Positions 20,177-30,318 of a stretch of DNA of 64,000 bases are shown here, one piece after another. The position numbers and the translations under genes were made by a program. Every line of letters starts with the position of its first letter. Position 1 is the stretch's first letter. Below the pieces are notes generated by a model. It saw only the letters and a list, made by a program, of their open reading frames with translations, was not told where the DNA came from and did no database searches. The DNA is from Thermoplasmata archaeon (GTDB lineage: Archaea; Thermoplasmatota; Thermoplasmata; Lutacidiplasmatales; UBA184), in assembly GCA_035656275.1 (NCBI GenBank), contig DASRSW010000062.1, forward strand, positions 986-64,985. Direction: 5' to 3'.

Positions 20177-20767
20177 ATGCGCAAAGTCACGGCCAATGTC
20201 TACATGACTGTCGACGGGCGTGGAGAATTCCCAAAGTACCCCGGATGGGATAGAGATTCGGGCGAAGCCAATCCGCTATTCGAAAAGATGTGGATTCCGA
20301 GATACAACGACGTGACCACAGTCGTCATGGGTCGACGGTCTTTCGTCGGTCACCGGAAGGTGTGGACCGAGAAGGCGCGGAAGCCGAAGGACCCGAAGTA
20401 CGCTCACGATTTCGCTCGATTCCTTGACCGGGTCGACAAGGTCTGTCTTTCCCATCGGCTCAAAGCCTCGAAGTGGGAGAACACTCGGATCATGAAGGGG
20501 GACCTTTCGAAGATTGTGGCGAAACTCAAGCGCGAGAAGGGCGGGAACATCATCATCGAGGGGGGCCCTCGGCTGATTTTCGATGTGTTCCGCCGGGATC
20601 TCGCGGATGATTACTGGTTCGTGATGATGCCGGTGGTGTACGGTCGCGGGCCGCACTACTGGGGTAAAATGAACAGTCAGTGCACGCTGAAGCTTCTGGA
20701 GTCCACTGCGACCCAGGATGGTGAACTCTTCCTCCACTACGATGCGGTTCATGGATTCAAGGGCTAG
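20177..20767 (+). CDS. Dihydrofolate reductase family / RibD C-terminal domain protein
   Basis: MTVDG, VMGRRSF, IIIEGG, DDYWFVMMPVVYGRG. Confidence 0.88.
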   Translation: MRKVTANVYMTVDGRGEFPKYPGWDRDSGEANPLFEKMWIPRYNDVTTVVMGRRSFVGHRKVWTEKARKPKDPKYAHDFARFLDRVDKVCLSHRLKASKWENTRIMKGDLSKIVAKLKREKGGNIIIEGGPRLIFDVFRRDLADDYWFVMMPVVYGRGPHYWGKMNSQCTLKLLESTATQDGELFLHYDAVHGFKG

Positions 20768-21039
20768 TCTGGCCCACGCGCCTTGAATCGTTCCACGGTT
20801 AAGACTGCCGAGAGAGACCTAACGATCGCTGCCCCAGTCAGTCCAAGAAGTCCCTGGATTTCGTGTAGTCCCGACCTAGCGGCAGATTTCTTGACCCCAA
20901 ACAAAACTGTCGAGCTTCAAACACCTGTCGGCCTGTGCTGTCGGAATGGGGGTTGAGCGGCATTCGTGCGTTGACTTCACGTCAATCGGGCCATCTCCAG
21001 CCCTTTGACTCGACTTCCTCAAGCAGGTCCGCAAACTGG

Positions 21040-21680
21040 CTATGACTCTCTCGACTCCCGTGAGAGCTTCGGCGGATTTGTGGTCGTCAATGCAACCACT
21101 CGCAACCCCGCAGCGCGAGCGGACTCGATTCCGAGTGGTGCGTTCTCCAACACCAAGACTTCATCGGCATTGACGGCCAGCTTCTTCAGTGCAAGCAGGT
21201 ACGCATCTGGGTCGGGCTTTGTCCTCGAAACATCCTCGGCGGTCACAATCACTTTGAAAAGGCTCAGTATGGCCCGAGATTTCTGGTGACAACGTCGTGC
21301 CAATTGCCCGAAGCAAGCGCGAGGCTTACTTGATGCGCTTGGAGTTCGCGGATGACCCTCTCGGCATCAGCGTAGAGAGGCATCGTCCCGAGGAAGTGGA
21401 AGAGCAGCTGATGGAGCTCGCTCATCTAATCCAACTGTTCCTCCGTGAAACTGACCCCGTGGTCCTGTGCGACGATACTTATCAGGTCCCGGGATCGTCT
21501 ACCCTCATTCGCGAGGACTTCACCAGGAACGATGGCTAGACCGAACCGACGAAAGATGGAAAGGTACACCTCGGCGTTCAGTTCCATCGATTGGAAGAGA
21601 ACTGTGTCTCCGTCGAAGATGACCCCCCTTAGTCGCCGCCGGATTGTGTCGGGGCCTGGGGGATGACGAATCGACGCCAT
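21040..21680 (-). pseudogene. HAD family phosphatase (beta-PGM-like) pseudogene
   Basis: VIFDGDTVL; in-frame TAG at 21426..21428; frame continues to LALASGN, then a frameshift near 21270 leads into KPDPDAY...LENAPLGIESARAAG. Confidence 0.75.
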
Positions 21681-22175
21681 AGCCCACAGTCAATCCGCCT
21701 GGGCGACCTTCATCCGGGACCTCGGGGCACCGCCCCCGAAGGTCCAGATCAGCCGCGGGGAGTTGTATTCGACCTGGACGGAACGCTGGTCCCGAGTCAC
21801 CACGACTTTAGGAAGATGCAGGACGCGATCATCTCTATCGCTGTTCGTACTGGCGCCCGGGAGAGGACATTGGTCGCCACCGAAAGTGTCGGAACGAGTC
21901 AGATTCTGAGCGACGCACGGAGAGAGTTGATCCGCGCAGAAGTCTCGACGAAAGCCCTTGCACGATTTCACGAGGAGGTGGCATTCGTTGTAGACGCAAT
22001 AGAGATGACCGCGGGCAATCGGACGACGCTCCGACGCGGGGCGAAGGAACTCCTCGAGTACTTGAAAGGGCAGGGCTACCGGCTCGGGCTCTTCACCCGC
22101 GCATCGGGCCCATTCTGCGTTGAAATCCTGACAAGGATTCGAATCCAGTCCCGCCGCGTGTCACAGCGTTTTTGA
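21663..22175 (+). pseudogene. HAD family hydrolase, 3'-truncated
   Basis: VVFDLDGTL (motif I) and LGLFTR (motif II) present; motifs III and IV absent; homology ends at the island motif at 22127. Confidence 0.7.
22127..22144 (+). repeat. Dispersed island motif copy CCTGACAAGGATTCGAAT at the HAD truncation point
   Basis: Exact 18-mer shared with 5046..5063. Confidence 0.75.
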
Positions 22176-22575
22176 AGGGTTCGGCTGATTGGCACGGGCG
22201 GTGCCCTCTAGCTCAACCTCGGGACACAGTATCGTGTCCTGTACACCACTCGACTGGAGCTTTTTCCACCGTCGGGCCGTGGCCGATGTTCTGACTACGG
22301 CCAAGCGGTGGCAATCTGCCATGATGAGCGGCGAACTATGACTAACTCGTGCTACTTTCACCACAGCGAAGGACGAAGAGGAAGATCAGCGTCGAGTCAA
22401 GGGGGGTGGAGCAGGTAGTTTACCGCTCCGGAGCTAAAATCCATAGAAACGCTGCGTCACGCGCAGCCATGCACTGATTCGCCGACGCTCCCCCTCCAAT
22501 GCCGAACTCGGCGGATCGACCTACTACAACTGTGCATTGTGCTCACCATGGTGAGGGCCCTGCGAGCCTTCACAC

Positions 22576-23391
22576 TCAGAATCGTACCCAGCCCAACCAC
22601 TCCGCAAGAGCGATTCCCCCTGCGACTACCGCTGAGCCCAGGACCGACGCTTGGAACCACGCTTTCTCCCAGAACGACCTGATCTGAAAGTCAAGTCTGT
22701 AGGTTGAGGACTTGACACGACCCGCTGTGCTGTAGCTCAGGGTAAACGGAATGCTGTAGGTTCCCGCGGCCGCCCAGAACGGGATTTGGGCACGAATTAG
22801 GAAGGGCTGGTGGCGGACAATGACTCCCTCGGAACTGATTTCGGTGATGTCTACCTCTCCCACCGTCCGGTACCCCCTGTCAACTTCCGAGTCCTCGGGT
22901 CGGCGAGAGCCGCGGGGATTCGCGCTCGTCAGGAGGGGGAAGAAGTGGGCGATTGGCACCTTCATGTCCGCGCCATGTTGAGTGACAAGGATTTCGTGGA
23001 CGTCCTTGATCGCGACCAGCGGAGTTCCTTCTGGAATCGCTTCTTCCGCGATTCCTTGCGGCATGCCGGTCGATATCGATGAGGTTACTGAAATGCAATC
23101 GTCCTCACTCGATTGTCCTCGCTTGAGAAACAGCCCGAGCGGCGGATAGAAAGAGAGCTTTGCCCACTGAGGTATGCCGTAGCCCGAAAAGTAAACGTGA
23201 ACTAGCAAGTCATCACCCCACCCGAGAGAGTGTTTCTCCACTCTCGCGGAGAGATCCCAGTTCGCTTCACCTGCCCCGGCCTCTCCATAGGGAACCACCG
23301 GACTGAGGATATCTCGGGCGGGGACGTGCGGGGGCCCGTGGGCAGGGAACCCTTGGTCGGGGACGTTGACGGGGCGAATCCTCTTCGGCAA
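22576..23391 (-). CDS. Hypothetical beta-sandwich-like protein with C-terminal TM anchor
   Basis: AGTYSIPFTLSY beta pattern; hydrophobic C-terminus; start uncertain. Confidence 0.6.
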   Translation of the reverse strand: MPKRIRPVNVPDQGFPAHGPPHVPARDILSPVVPYGEAGAGEANWDLSARVEKHSLGWGDDLLVHVYFSGYGIPQWAKLSFYPPLGLFLKRGQSSEDDCISVTSSISTGMPQGIAEEAIPEGTPLVAIKDVHEILVTQHGADMKVPIAHFFPLLTSANPRGSRRPEDSEVDRGYRTVGEVDITEISSEGVIVRHQPFLIRAQIPFWAAAGTYSIPFTLSYSTAGRVKSSTYRLDFQIRSFWEKAWFQASVLGSAVVAGGIALAEWLGWVRF

Positions 23392-23650
23392 ATTCGATTC
23401 TCGCTCTACCGCCCCTCAGCGGCCGAAGCTGCCTGCGTCTCCTGTGGGTCAGTGAACGTGGTAAGAGCTAGGGAGTGCCGATACAAGGGGATGGCGCACG
23501 TGGATCATAACCTGGAATGCTGACTGGCCGAAATACACCAGCTGCAATGGTCAGGCTAACGCAAAGCTCGAAATGCGCGACACCCTCAAGCTTGATTCTG
23601 CGGCCATGGCAAGCTTTCGGATTGGCGTCTAGTCCGACCCGTCAGATTGC

Positions 23651-25378
23651 TCAGTCTGGGGCCTCAGACCCTGGTTCACTAAGGCTCGGAATCAACGCGT
23701 CGGCCGAGCTTGCGCCTCGTCGAAGGAACTTCTTCACGTAGCTTGGAGGCGGATCAATCATCAGATCTTCATAGGGATCAAAGTTCAGAAGTCGATCGGC
23801 CTCAGCAAGACACTGCTTCTGATATCCTACGTCGCTCCCGATTATCGAAACTCGAACCTGTTTCCGTTCACCGACTTCCCATCGAGCTTGATCTCGTATG
23901 AGGAAGGCCCTGAGCATGTCGAACTCATCGGTGGGGAGCGTAGTCTGAAGTCGAAGTCGCTCAGACCTCCAGTCGAGATAATCGACGAGCTCCGAGGATG
24001 GGATCTTGTCGAGCAGGTAATTGAAATCGAAGACGTTGATGATCAACGGCCTCGTCAGTCCTTGGAGTGCCTTTCCAATTGTCCCTTTCATCGTGCATTG
24101 AAGGGGAATAGCCGGAAAGTAGGCCTCGAGAACAATGAGATTCCCGAATATGTTAGCCGAGTCGAGTCCCTCCTCGCAGGCGTGCGCCTGCTCAGCGGCG
24201 TGCAGAATCGTGCTTTCGACGTCGCGGTAGAATCCGAGGTAAGTTCCCCAGCGACCCGCGGGCGATAGGGGGCGGGCTTTGCATTGGACAAAAAAGCGGC
24301 CACCGCTTGGGAGCACCATGACGAGATCGATTTCTGGAGACCGCGGGTTCGAGCGAACATCGTTGTGAACCATGACTTCAGGCCAGGACCGCTTGATTCG
24401 GCCTGCGACGACTCGCTCAAAGGACTTGCCAATAGTCGACCCGTAGTAACCTAGTTCTCGCGAGTCGAGACGTTCGGCCAACCCCCAATGAATAGCTGAC
24501 GGAAGTTCGCGATCGAGGATGTGGGTGTCGAGCAACTGAACCCCTCCGTCTCGTCTCTTGAGAAATGTCCAGCGGCTGATCGACGGAAAGGGCTCTGCGA
24601 GAGCGTTCAGGTCTGTCGCCAGGAAGAATGGAACCGCTGGATTCAGTCCGATGAGTGGAAGTCGGTCGAGCTTATCCTTCGAAAGGGTGATTGCATCCAC
24701 TATCATTTCGAGGAACACGGCGGGAGGAAGCAGGACTCGGCCCGCGTACTTGTGCGGGTGCCGGCCGTACCATCGCATCTGAGCCATCTCCTTACGAAAC
24801 CCGGACACGGCCGGCGTTCCGCGATGGACCATCCACCATGCAAACCGACAGGCGTCCTCCGAGGTGAACCCAAGGTGCTTGACCAACAGCTGGTCTGATG
24901 TCCAAAACTTCTCCATCACATAGACCACGCATTCACCCAGAGTCGGACCTCCCTCCACCAATTCGGCCAGACTTTGAAGGGCAAAGGCAGCCGAACCCGA
25001 TTCCGAGTGTTCCGGCTCCAGGTCGATGGGCTCCAAGGGGTTCAATCCAGGGCCTTCGCCGAACGCCTCGTAAAGGCCCTGCAAGACCTCACGAGTCTTG
25101 ACCAGAGTCGCCCGCTCTCTCCCGCTCCCAGAGCTGCGTTCCAGTGTTCGACGGACTGCAAGGTGGGTCGGGAGGAGCTGTCCTGGCATTTCACCGTTCC
25201 AGAGATGGATCGCTGCCTCAGCAGCCAGGAGCTCCTCAACGTCGAGCTGACTGATCCGCGCTGTGAGAGCCTCTGGTTGACTGACTTGGGCTCCATGGTG
25301 CGCGTCTCGTCTGGCGTGCCTCATCCTCAGGACATTGGGTCCTGCGCCATAAGAGTACAATAGGAGAGGACAGGTCAC
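23651..25378 (-). CDS. NERD / PD-(D/E)xK nuclease-related protein
   Basis: GKSFERVV...EIDLVMVL...FVQCKA; start uncertain. Confidence 0.7.
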   Translation of the reverse strand: MTCPLLLYSYGAGPNVLRMRHARRDAHHGAQVSQPEALTARISQLDVEELLAAEAAIHLWNGEMPGQLLPTHLAVRRTLERSSGSGRERATLVKTREVLQGLYEAFGEGPGLNPLEPIDLEPEHSESGSAAFALQSLAELVEGGPTLGECVVYVMEKFWTSDQLLVKHLGFTSEDACRFAWWMVHRGTPAVSGFRKEMAQMRWYGRHPHKYAGRVLLPPAVFLEMIVDAITLSKDKLDRLPLIGLNPAVPFFLATDLNALAEPFPSISRWTFLKRRDGGVQLLDTHILDRELPSAIHWGLAERLDSRELGYYGSTIGKSFERVVAGRIKRSWPEVMVHNDVRSNPRSPEIDLVMVLPSGGRFFVQCKARPLSPAGRWGTYLGFYRDVESTILHAAEQAHACEEGLDSANIFGNLIVLEAYFPAIPLQCTMKGTIGKALQGLTRPLIINVFDFNYLLDKIPSSELVDYLDWRSERLRLQTTLPTDEFDMLRAFLIRDQARWEVGERKQVRVSIIGSDVGYQKQCLAEADRLLNFDPYEDLMIDPPPSYVKKFLRRGASSADALIPSLSEPGSEAPD

Positions 25379-25761
25379 CGATGCGCTTCAAACCAACCCG
25401 GCTCACCACATTTCGATCTCCAGTTCCGACTGAGGACCCTGACCAGCAGTCGACGAGTTCACGACTGCTACTCTGAGTGTGGAGCAGGAAACAATGGTCC
25501 TGAATGTGTGACAAATGCACGATGATTCCGCCGGTCCGACTCGTAGGCCTGACTAGAACCAAACCCTCAACGGCCAGACCATGATTCCCCCAGAGCAAGC
25601 CAGGGACTTCGAGCTCAGCCCCACGGGGACAAGACGCGTGGCCAGCACGCTTACAGAGGGGGGCTCGTCAATCACTTCCGCATTCCTTGCAGCCCGTGGG
25701 TTCCCTAACCAAGAACTGAACGTGGGACGGGCGTAGCCAACGTCGAGCCGGCGTCGGTTGG

Positions 25762-26460
25762 TCAGATGGTCCCCAATGTGCTCTGGTTCGGGGTCGGCCC
25801 GCGGTGCCTGGCTAGGCCTGTTGCTTGAAAGATCCTCGAAACCCGGTGTGACCCGACTCGGCCAAACTTCACGAGCTCACGCTGCCGAAACCCCCGTCGG
25901 ACGAGGTTCTCGATGACCGCGTCGGTCGCTCCGAATCTCGCGAACACTTCTACCGGTGAACCTTCGGTCCAAGTCCGCACTCTCTCGCCACGCTCTCGGG
26001 CCGCCTCCTCCTGGGCACGCCGCTCCGCTTCGGCGGCGAGTCGCTGGCGAGCAGCCTGGGTGGCGAGGGCTAGATTCCGTCGCGCCCTCTCAGCGGCTTG
26101 TGCTCTCCAGTACCGACGACATTCGAGCTGATAGTCGTTCACCGCTCGGACCAAGGCTTGGTCAACCTCGGGAGGCGGAACCAAGTAAGTCTGTCCTGCG
26201 CCCTCGAGAAGTAACCCGTTCGCCACCGCACTCTCCAGCGCATGGGGCATGATCTTGACTTCCCCCCAAGTACCCCCCCGTCCGGTTCGAGTCTGCCAGC
26301 GCCAGCAGGCTAGCACCGCTTTGTGGGCGTCACCGGCGCGACGGAGATAGTCGAGGTAGTACCTGTATCGTGCAGGGTCATCCAGCCGCCGAAGGAGTTC
26401 GCGTCTCACGAGATATGTGAGAACCCGCGGGCCTAATATCCGCTTTGGAAGCGACGGCAT
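25762..26460 (-). CDS. Hypothetical basic protein with coiled coil and C-terminal HTH-like segment
   Basis: LVRRGFRQRELVKFGRVGSHRVSRIF; lies next to the phased repeat array. Confidence 0.55.
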   Translation of the reverse strand: MPSLPKRILGPRVLTYLVRRELLRRLDDPARYRYYLDYLRRAGDAHKAVLACWRWQTRTGRGGTWGEVKIMPHALESAVANGLLLEGAGQTYLVPPPEVDQALVRAVNDYQLECRRYWRAQAAERARRNLALATQAARQRLAAEAERRAQEEAARERGERVRTWTEGSPVEVFARFGATDAVIENLVRRGFRQRELVKFGRVGSHRVSRIFQATGLARHRGPTPNQSTLGTI

Positions 26461-26585
26461 CCGGCCGGCATCGTAACCAGCATCACGGGGACATCAGCGT
26501 CGGCATCAGCCACGGCATCAAGCGTCCGGCTGACCCATCCGGCTACGCGCGCGTGCGTAACGCGCGCGCCTAACGCGCGCGCGCC
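26456..26585. repeat. Phased CATC repeats plus three TA(A)CGCGCGCG units (iteron- or origin-like)
   Basis: CATC starts at 26458, 26469, 26481, 26492, 26504 and 26516; alternating CG tracts at 26544..26585. Confidence 0.65.
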
Positions 26586-26668
26586 AGGCAACCCCGTCCG
26601 CATCCGCCTGACCCCGGCGGACGGATCACAGCGGGGTGGTCAGCCGGACCGTTCGCCCAATGCTTAGG

Positions 26669-26977
26669 CTACACGAGAAGGCAACGCGTGTGCTGAAGAT
26701 GGATCGGTGGACCGCCTAAGTAGACGACATGGTCGAGATTCACGCGAATCATGCCAGTCGGTTTGGGCCATGGACGTCCCCGACTGACTCGAGAAAGACT
26801 GGCCTCGACTAGTGGTCGAAGGACGCCGGCGTGCCGGTTGCAACCAAGCGCCAACGGGCCCGTCAGCGGCCCAGCGATGGCGAAGGTTGCTTTGGCCCCA
26901 CATGCGCCGCATCGTCTCGGGTCGGGGTTTCCACTCTGATCTCTCCAGACCAACTGCGCACCACCCTCGGCGGACAT
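26669..26977 (-). CDS. Small putative zinc-finger protein
   Basis: CGAC ... CNRH. Confidence 0.4.
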   Translation of the reverse strand: MSAEGGAQLVWRDQSGNPDPRRCGACGAKATFAIAGPLTGPLALGCNRHAGVLRPLVEASLSRVSRGRPWPKPTGMIRVNLDHVVYLGGPPIHLQHTRCLLV

Positions 26978-27379
26978 ACACGATCGCCCCGTGGGGGTGG
27001 CGCATTAGGTGTTCGCTCCATCGGCGCCGACATCCGGGCCGATTTCCATGCCACAAGTCTGACGGGGTCGTCAACTGACGGGTGACTGGCCACCTGCGTC
27101 TTCCGCGATCGGCCTGTGAGCCATCGGCACGGACCCCGTCCGACCCCGCGAAGATCGCTTTTGCAGTCCATCGGTGGGACGGCTAGTCCGCGGGGTGCCG
27201 ACCACACTCGCCGGAGTTCATCCGCACTCGATTCGCTCACCTTGATCGTCGGACATTCCTGGGCGACGGCGACCGCGGAGCTGGGTCACCTGAAAGGGAA
27301 CGAGCACCGGTTTCGACGCCGGTCAACCGAGGGATGCACAACGGGTCGACATCCCAGCGAAACGGTGCGGATGGGTAAC

Positions 27380-27994
27380 TCAGGCGACCACTTCTTTTCC
27401 GCCGATGGCGGCCGACTGCGTCCCAAAGGAGGTCAGTGAATCTCGTTCCACCGGGGAACGCGATACCGCGATGACGGTGCCGAAGTCCCGACCGACTCTG
27501 ACCCTCACGTCGACAAGTTCGGGTACTTCTGCGAGGAGAGGTTGCCACCAAAGCGGGTCGGACTCGCCCTTCGGTCGCCGCCACCGCACATCGGCGTCCG
27601 TGACACTCGTAGGATTCACTGCTGAAACGACCGCAATCGCTCCGATGCTCACTGCTGGGTAATGTCCGTCGGCGAGTCGGGGGAGCGGGCGCAAGCGATT
27701 GTAGAGCGAGTATCGTGCCTGAGGGCTTCGCGCCTTGCACAGAGCCGAGAAAACGCCTCGACGGTGGGCCTCAAGGTATTCGTCGACCTTAACGACCTTG
27801 CTGTGGCTTCCGCATTCACGAAAGGCATCCGCAATGGCATTGGTGAGTTGGTCCTCACTCAACCCTGAAACGAGAATCCTTGGACCGCGGTGATCCCGCC
27901 GTGCCGTCATCGGCCGGGGAGGGCACTCCTGCATTTCTCGTCTTCCTACCCATGGACGTAGCGCCATGGGTCGCTCTCCGTCGGGCAAACCCAC
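27380..27994 (-). CDS. Hypothetical protein (start uncertain)
   Basis: Protein-like central and C-terminal part; lies in a minus-strand cluster of small ORFs. Confidence 0.35.
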   Translation of the reverse strand: MGLPDGERPMALRPWVGRREMQECPPRPMTARRDHRGPRILVSGLSEDQLTNAIADAFRECGSHSKVVKVDEYLEAHRRGVFSALCKARSPQARYSLYNRLRPLPRLADGHYPAVSIGAIAVVSAVNPTSVTDADVRWRRPKGESDPLWWQPLLAEVPELVDVRVRVGRDFGTVIAVSRSPVERDSLTSFGTQSAAIGGKEVVA

Positions 27995-28490
27995 GGGGCG
28001 CAGCGGGGACGCCCCGGCGGGAGACGACCGCGATCAACTACCAGCCCGCCTGAACGCCGCTTGCCTACACCTTGCTCCGCTCCCCGCCGTCCATCCGTGG
28101 GCCCAGACGGGTGGGCCCCGTGGGCGAGTCCGGTGACCGGGATTCGACCTCAGATTGGCACCGAAAGACCGGCGAAGCAGAAGAGCAGAGGGTGATCCGA
28201 CATGGCTGATCCAGGGAGTTCCCCGGAGCCTGCCGAACCCTCTGAGGGCGGAGGGTCCTCAAAACGCGCTGCGCATGCTGCTGAGGAGAGGGTGCGCGCG
28301 TCTGTATTCGTGGGTTCCAACCTTCTTTACGCCTGGCGATTGATTCAAGCCAGAGCTAACGAACTAGCAACCCACGTTGACACGTCTTCGAAGTCGAAAA
28401 CTCACGATGTGAAGGCGCTCTCGAGAAAGCCAAAGCCCGGCAAAGCGCCCCCGCGGGATGACCCCCCTCTGACGGCTCCCGGTCAGTCAC

Positions 28491-29270
28491 ATGCCGAAGG
28501 ACGTACCGACTTCTGAGCAACCGTCGAGAGCGGCCGACCCAGCGTCCGATTCTGTCGACGGTGAACGTGGCGTCGCTCTTTACATTCGTGTGAGCACGAA
28601 CGATCAGAGCCTGGAAGGACAGGAACGCGAACTGCGACAGGAGGCGACGAGCCGTGGCTGGACGGTCGTGGCCGTCTACAAGGAGAAGGCTTCGGCCAAT
28701 GGCAAGTCGGCACGCCATGCCTACGACAGGCTGATTCGAGACGCCGGCCGACCGCGCCGACCCTGGCGGCATCTGCTGGTCTGGGCGCTTGACAGGTTCA
28801 GCCGCGATGAGACCTTCACTCGGGCGACCCAGACGATACTCGACTTGGAGCGCACGGGCGTCAGATTCCACTCCCTAAAGGAGCCGACGTTGGACACTCC
28901 GGACGACGGACGACCCAACCTGGGTCGGGATGGCCTCCTCGCCCTGCTCCCGGTTATCGCCAGTTTCGAGTCGAGGCGTCGCTCGGAGAGAGTCCGAGTC
29001 GCGATGAGAGAGATTCGAGAGGGTCGCCGTCGCACGCGATCGGGTCGCCCACCGGGTCGACCGCGGAGGCTCACACCGGAGAAGGTGCAGCAGATTCTTC
29101 GCTTCCGGTCGCAAGGCCTCCCCTGGTCAACGATCGTTCAACGAGTAGGCTTACCCTCGGGCACATGCCGCTACGCCTTTTCGATGGCCAAACGCGCGGC
29201 TGTCGAGAACTCCGGTATGTGCAACGCGGGGGCGAGTAGCGGGAGTCCTGAAGGTCCTCCAACGGCATGA
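28491..29270 (+). CDS. Serine recombinase (resolvase/invertase family) with C-terminal HTH
   Basis: ALYIRVSTNDQ (catalytic Ser), VWALDRFSR, IASFE...SERV, GRPPGRP, HTH. Confidence 0.93.
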   Translation: MPKDVPTSEQPSRAADPASDSVDGERGVALYIRVSTNDQSLEGQERELRQEATSRGWTVVAVYKEKASANGKSARHAYDRLIRDAGRPRRPWRHLLVWALDRFSRDETFTRATQTILDLERTGVRFHSLKEPTLDTPDDGRPNLGRDGLLALLPVIASFESRRRSERVRVAMREIREGRRRTRSGRPPGRPRRLTPEKVQQILRFRSQGLPWSTIVQRVGLPSGTCRYAFSMAKRAAVENSGMCNAGASSGSPEGPPTA

Positions 29271-29736
29271 CGCCGCGCGAAACCTAAGGTAGAGGGCATC
29301 CTGGACTCCCTTCGCCCTCACCGAGTGGGACGATTCGACAGGGCGCCACAGGCTTACGGTGACCCGCAACCTCCCATGGAATCCAGGAAGGACCGGGAAG
29401 CTCGGCTCACAGCGCCCCTTGGAGGGCCAAGGATTGCACCGGACGCGACGCGAGTAGCTGAGAGCACTCCGGGAAGGAAGTTCGACAGGTTCGCGTTGTC
29501 AATGCGGGACGTTGGAAAGGGTCAGACTTCCGGGCTCTCGGTGGGACGAGCCACGTGCGGGTGCGACCCCGGACTGCTGGCTGGGTGATACCGGTTAACC
29601 AAGAGTTTCCGGCTCGGTGCCGATCCCCAACCCCAGCATGACGACGTCGGTTACTGCGTCAAGTGCGAAATCCTCTCCCAGACCTTACTGGAGACGTCCT
29701 GAATCTCCGAACAGTCTGCCGCCCGCCGAACCACAG

Positions 29737-29744
29737 TTTATATA
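29737..29744 (+). promoter_or_regulatory. Archaeal TATA box
   Basis: TTTATATA 33 bp upstream of ATG 29778 in a GC-rich background. Confidence 0.55.
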
Positions 29745-29777
29745 CCGTAACCCCCGGAGTGCTAGCCGTTCCTCGAC

Positions 29778-30194
29778 ATGGACCCCGAACTGACTCTCGC
29801 ACTCGCTTTGCGCATCCCCGCTGCGATACTCTTTGGAGGCGCGATACTGATGCTCGCCCTGGCTTGGAAACGAAGCTCGCTCCAGGCTGCGCTGGCGGCC
29901 GCAGTGCTAGATCAGAGGCGAAGGGGTTCGACGGTCGCGGCGCTGCTCGTCTTGTTCGCGTTCGTCGGCATCGCAGTGGGCCTCTCGGCGTTCCAGGATC
30001 TGACCGCCGTCCCCTTCGACCTTTCTCAGGTCGTGGGCGGGGTGTTGCTTCTCTCAGCTTCACTTGCCACCTTCACGCTGACCTGGGTGGGCTTCACGAT
30101 GCTGCCGACGCCCGCGGAGGCAAAGATAGTCTTGGACTCCCCGGAGCCCTACTTGGCGTCCGTAGGGGTCCTCGACCGGAAGTTCGACCGGTAG
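29778..30194 (+). CDS. Membrane protein, 3 TM
   Basis: Three hydrophobic segments; upstream TATA box. Confidence 0.7.
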   Translation: MDPELTLALALRIPAAILFGGAILMLALAWKRSSLQAALAAAVLDQRRRGSTVAALLVLFAFVGIAVGLSAFQDLTAVPFDLSQVVGGVLLLSASLATFTLTWVGFTMLPTPAEAKIVLDSPEPYLASVGVLDRKFDR

Positions 30195-30318
30195 CCCTGA
30201 AGATTCGATTCTTGGTTCGATGGGCGCAGCGGTTCCCTTTCGGGGCATTGCACCTAGAAGGGTTCGATTTGCCATTCGGCCGCCATATCCTTAGGACTAT
30301 CGAACCTCCTTCTCCTCC

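Noticed and set aside
21426..21428. In-frame TAG in the HAD gene as pyrrolysine readthrough
   Set aside because: The same gene also has a frameshift and an altered motif I, and no pyl genes are in view; decay is the simpler explanation
3314..22144. Dispersed 18-bp repeats as a CRISPR array
   Set aside because: Copies are kilobases apart with genes between them; no regular spacers and no cas genes
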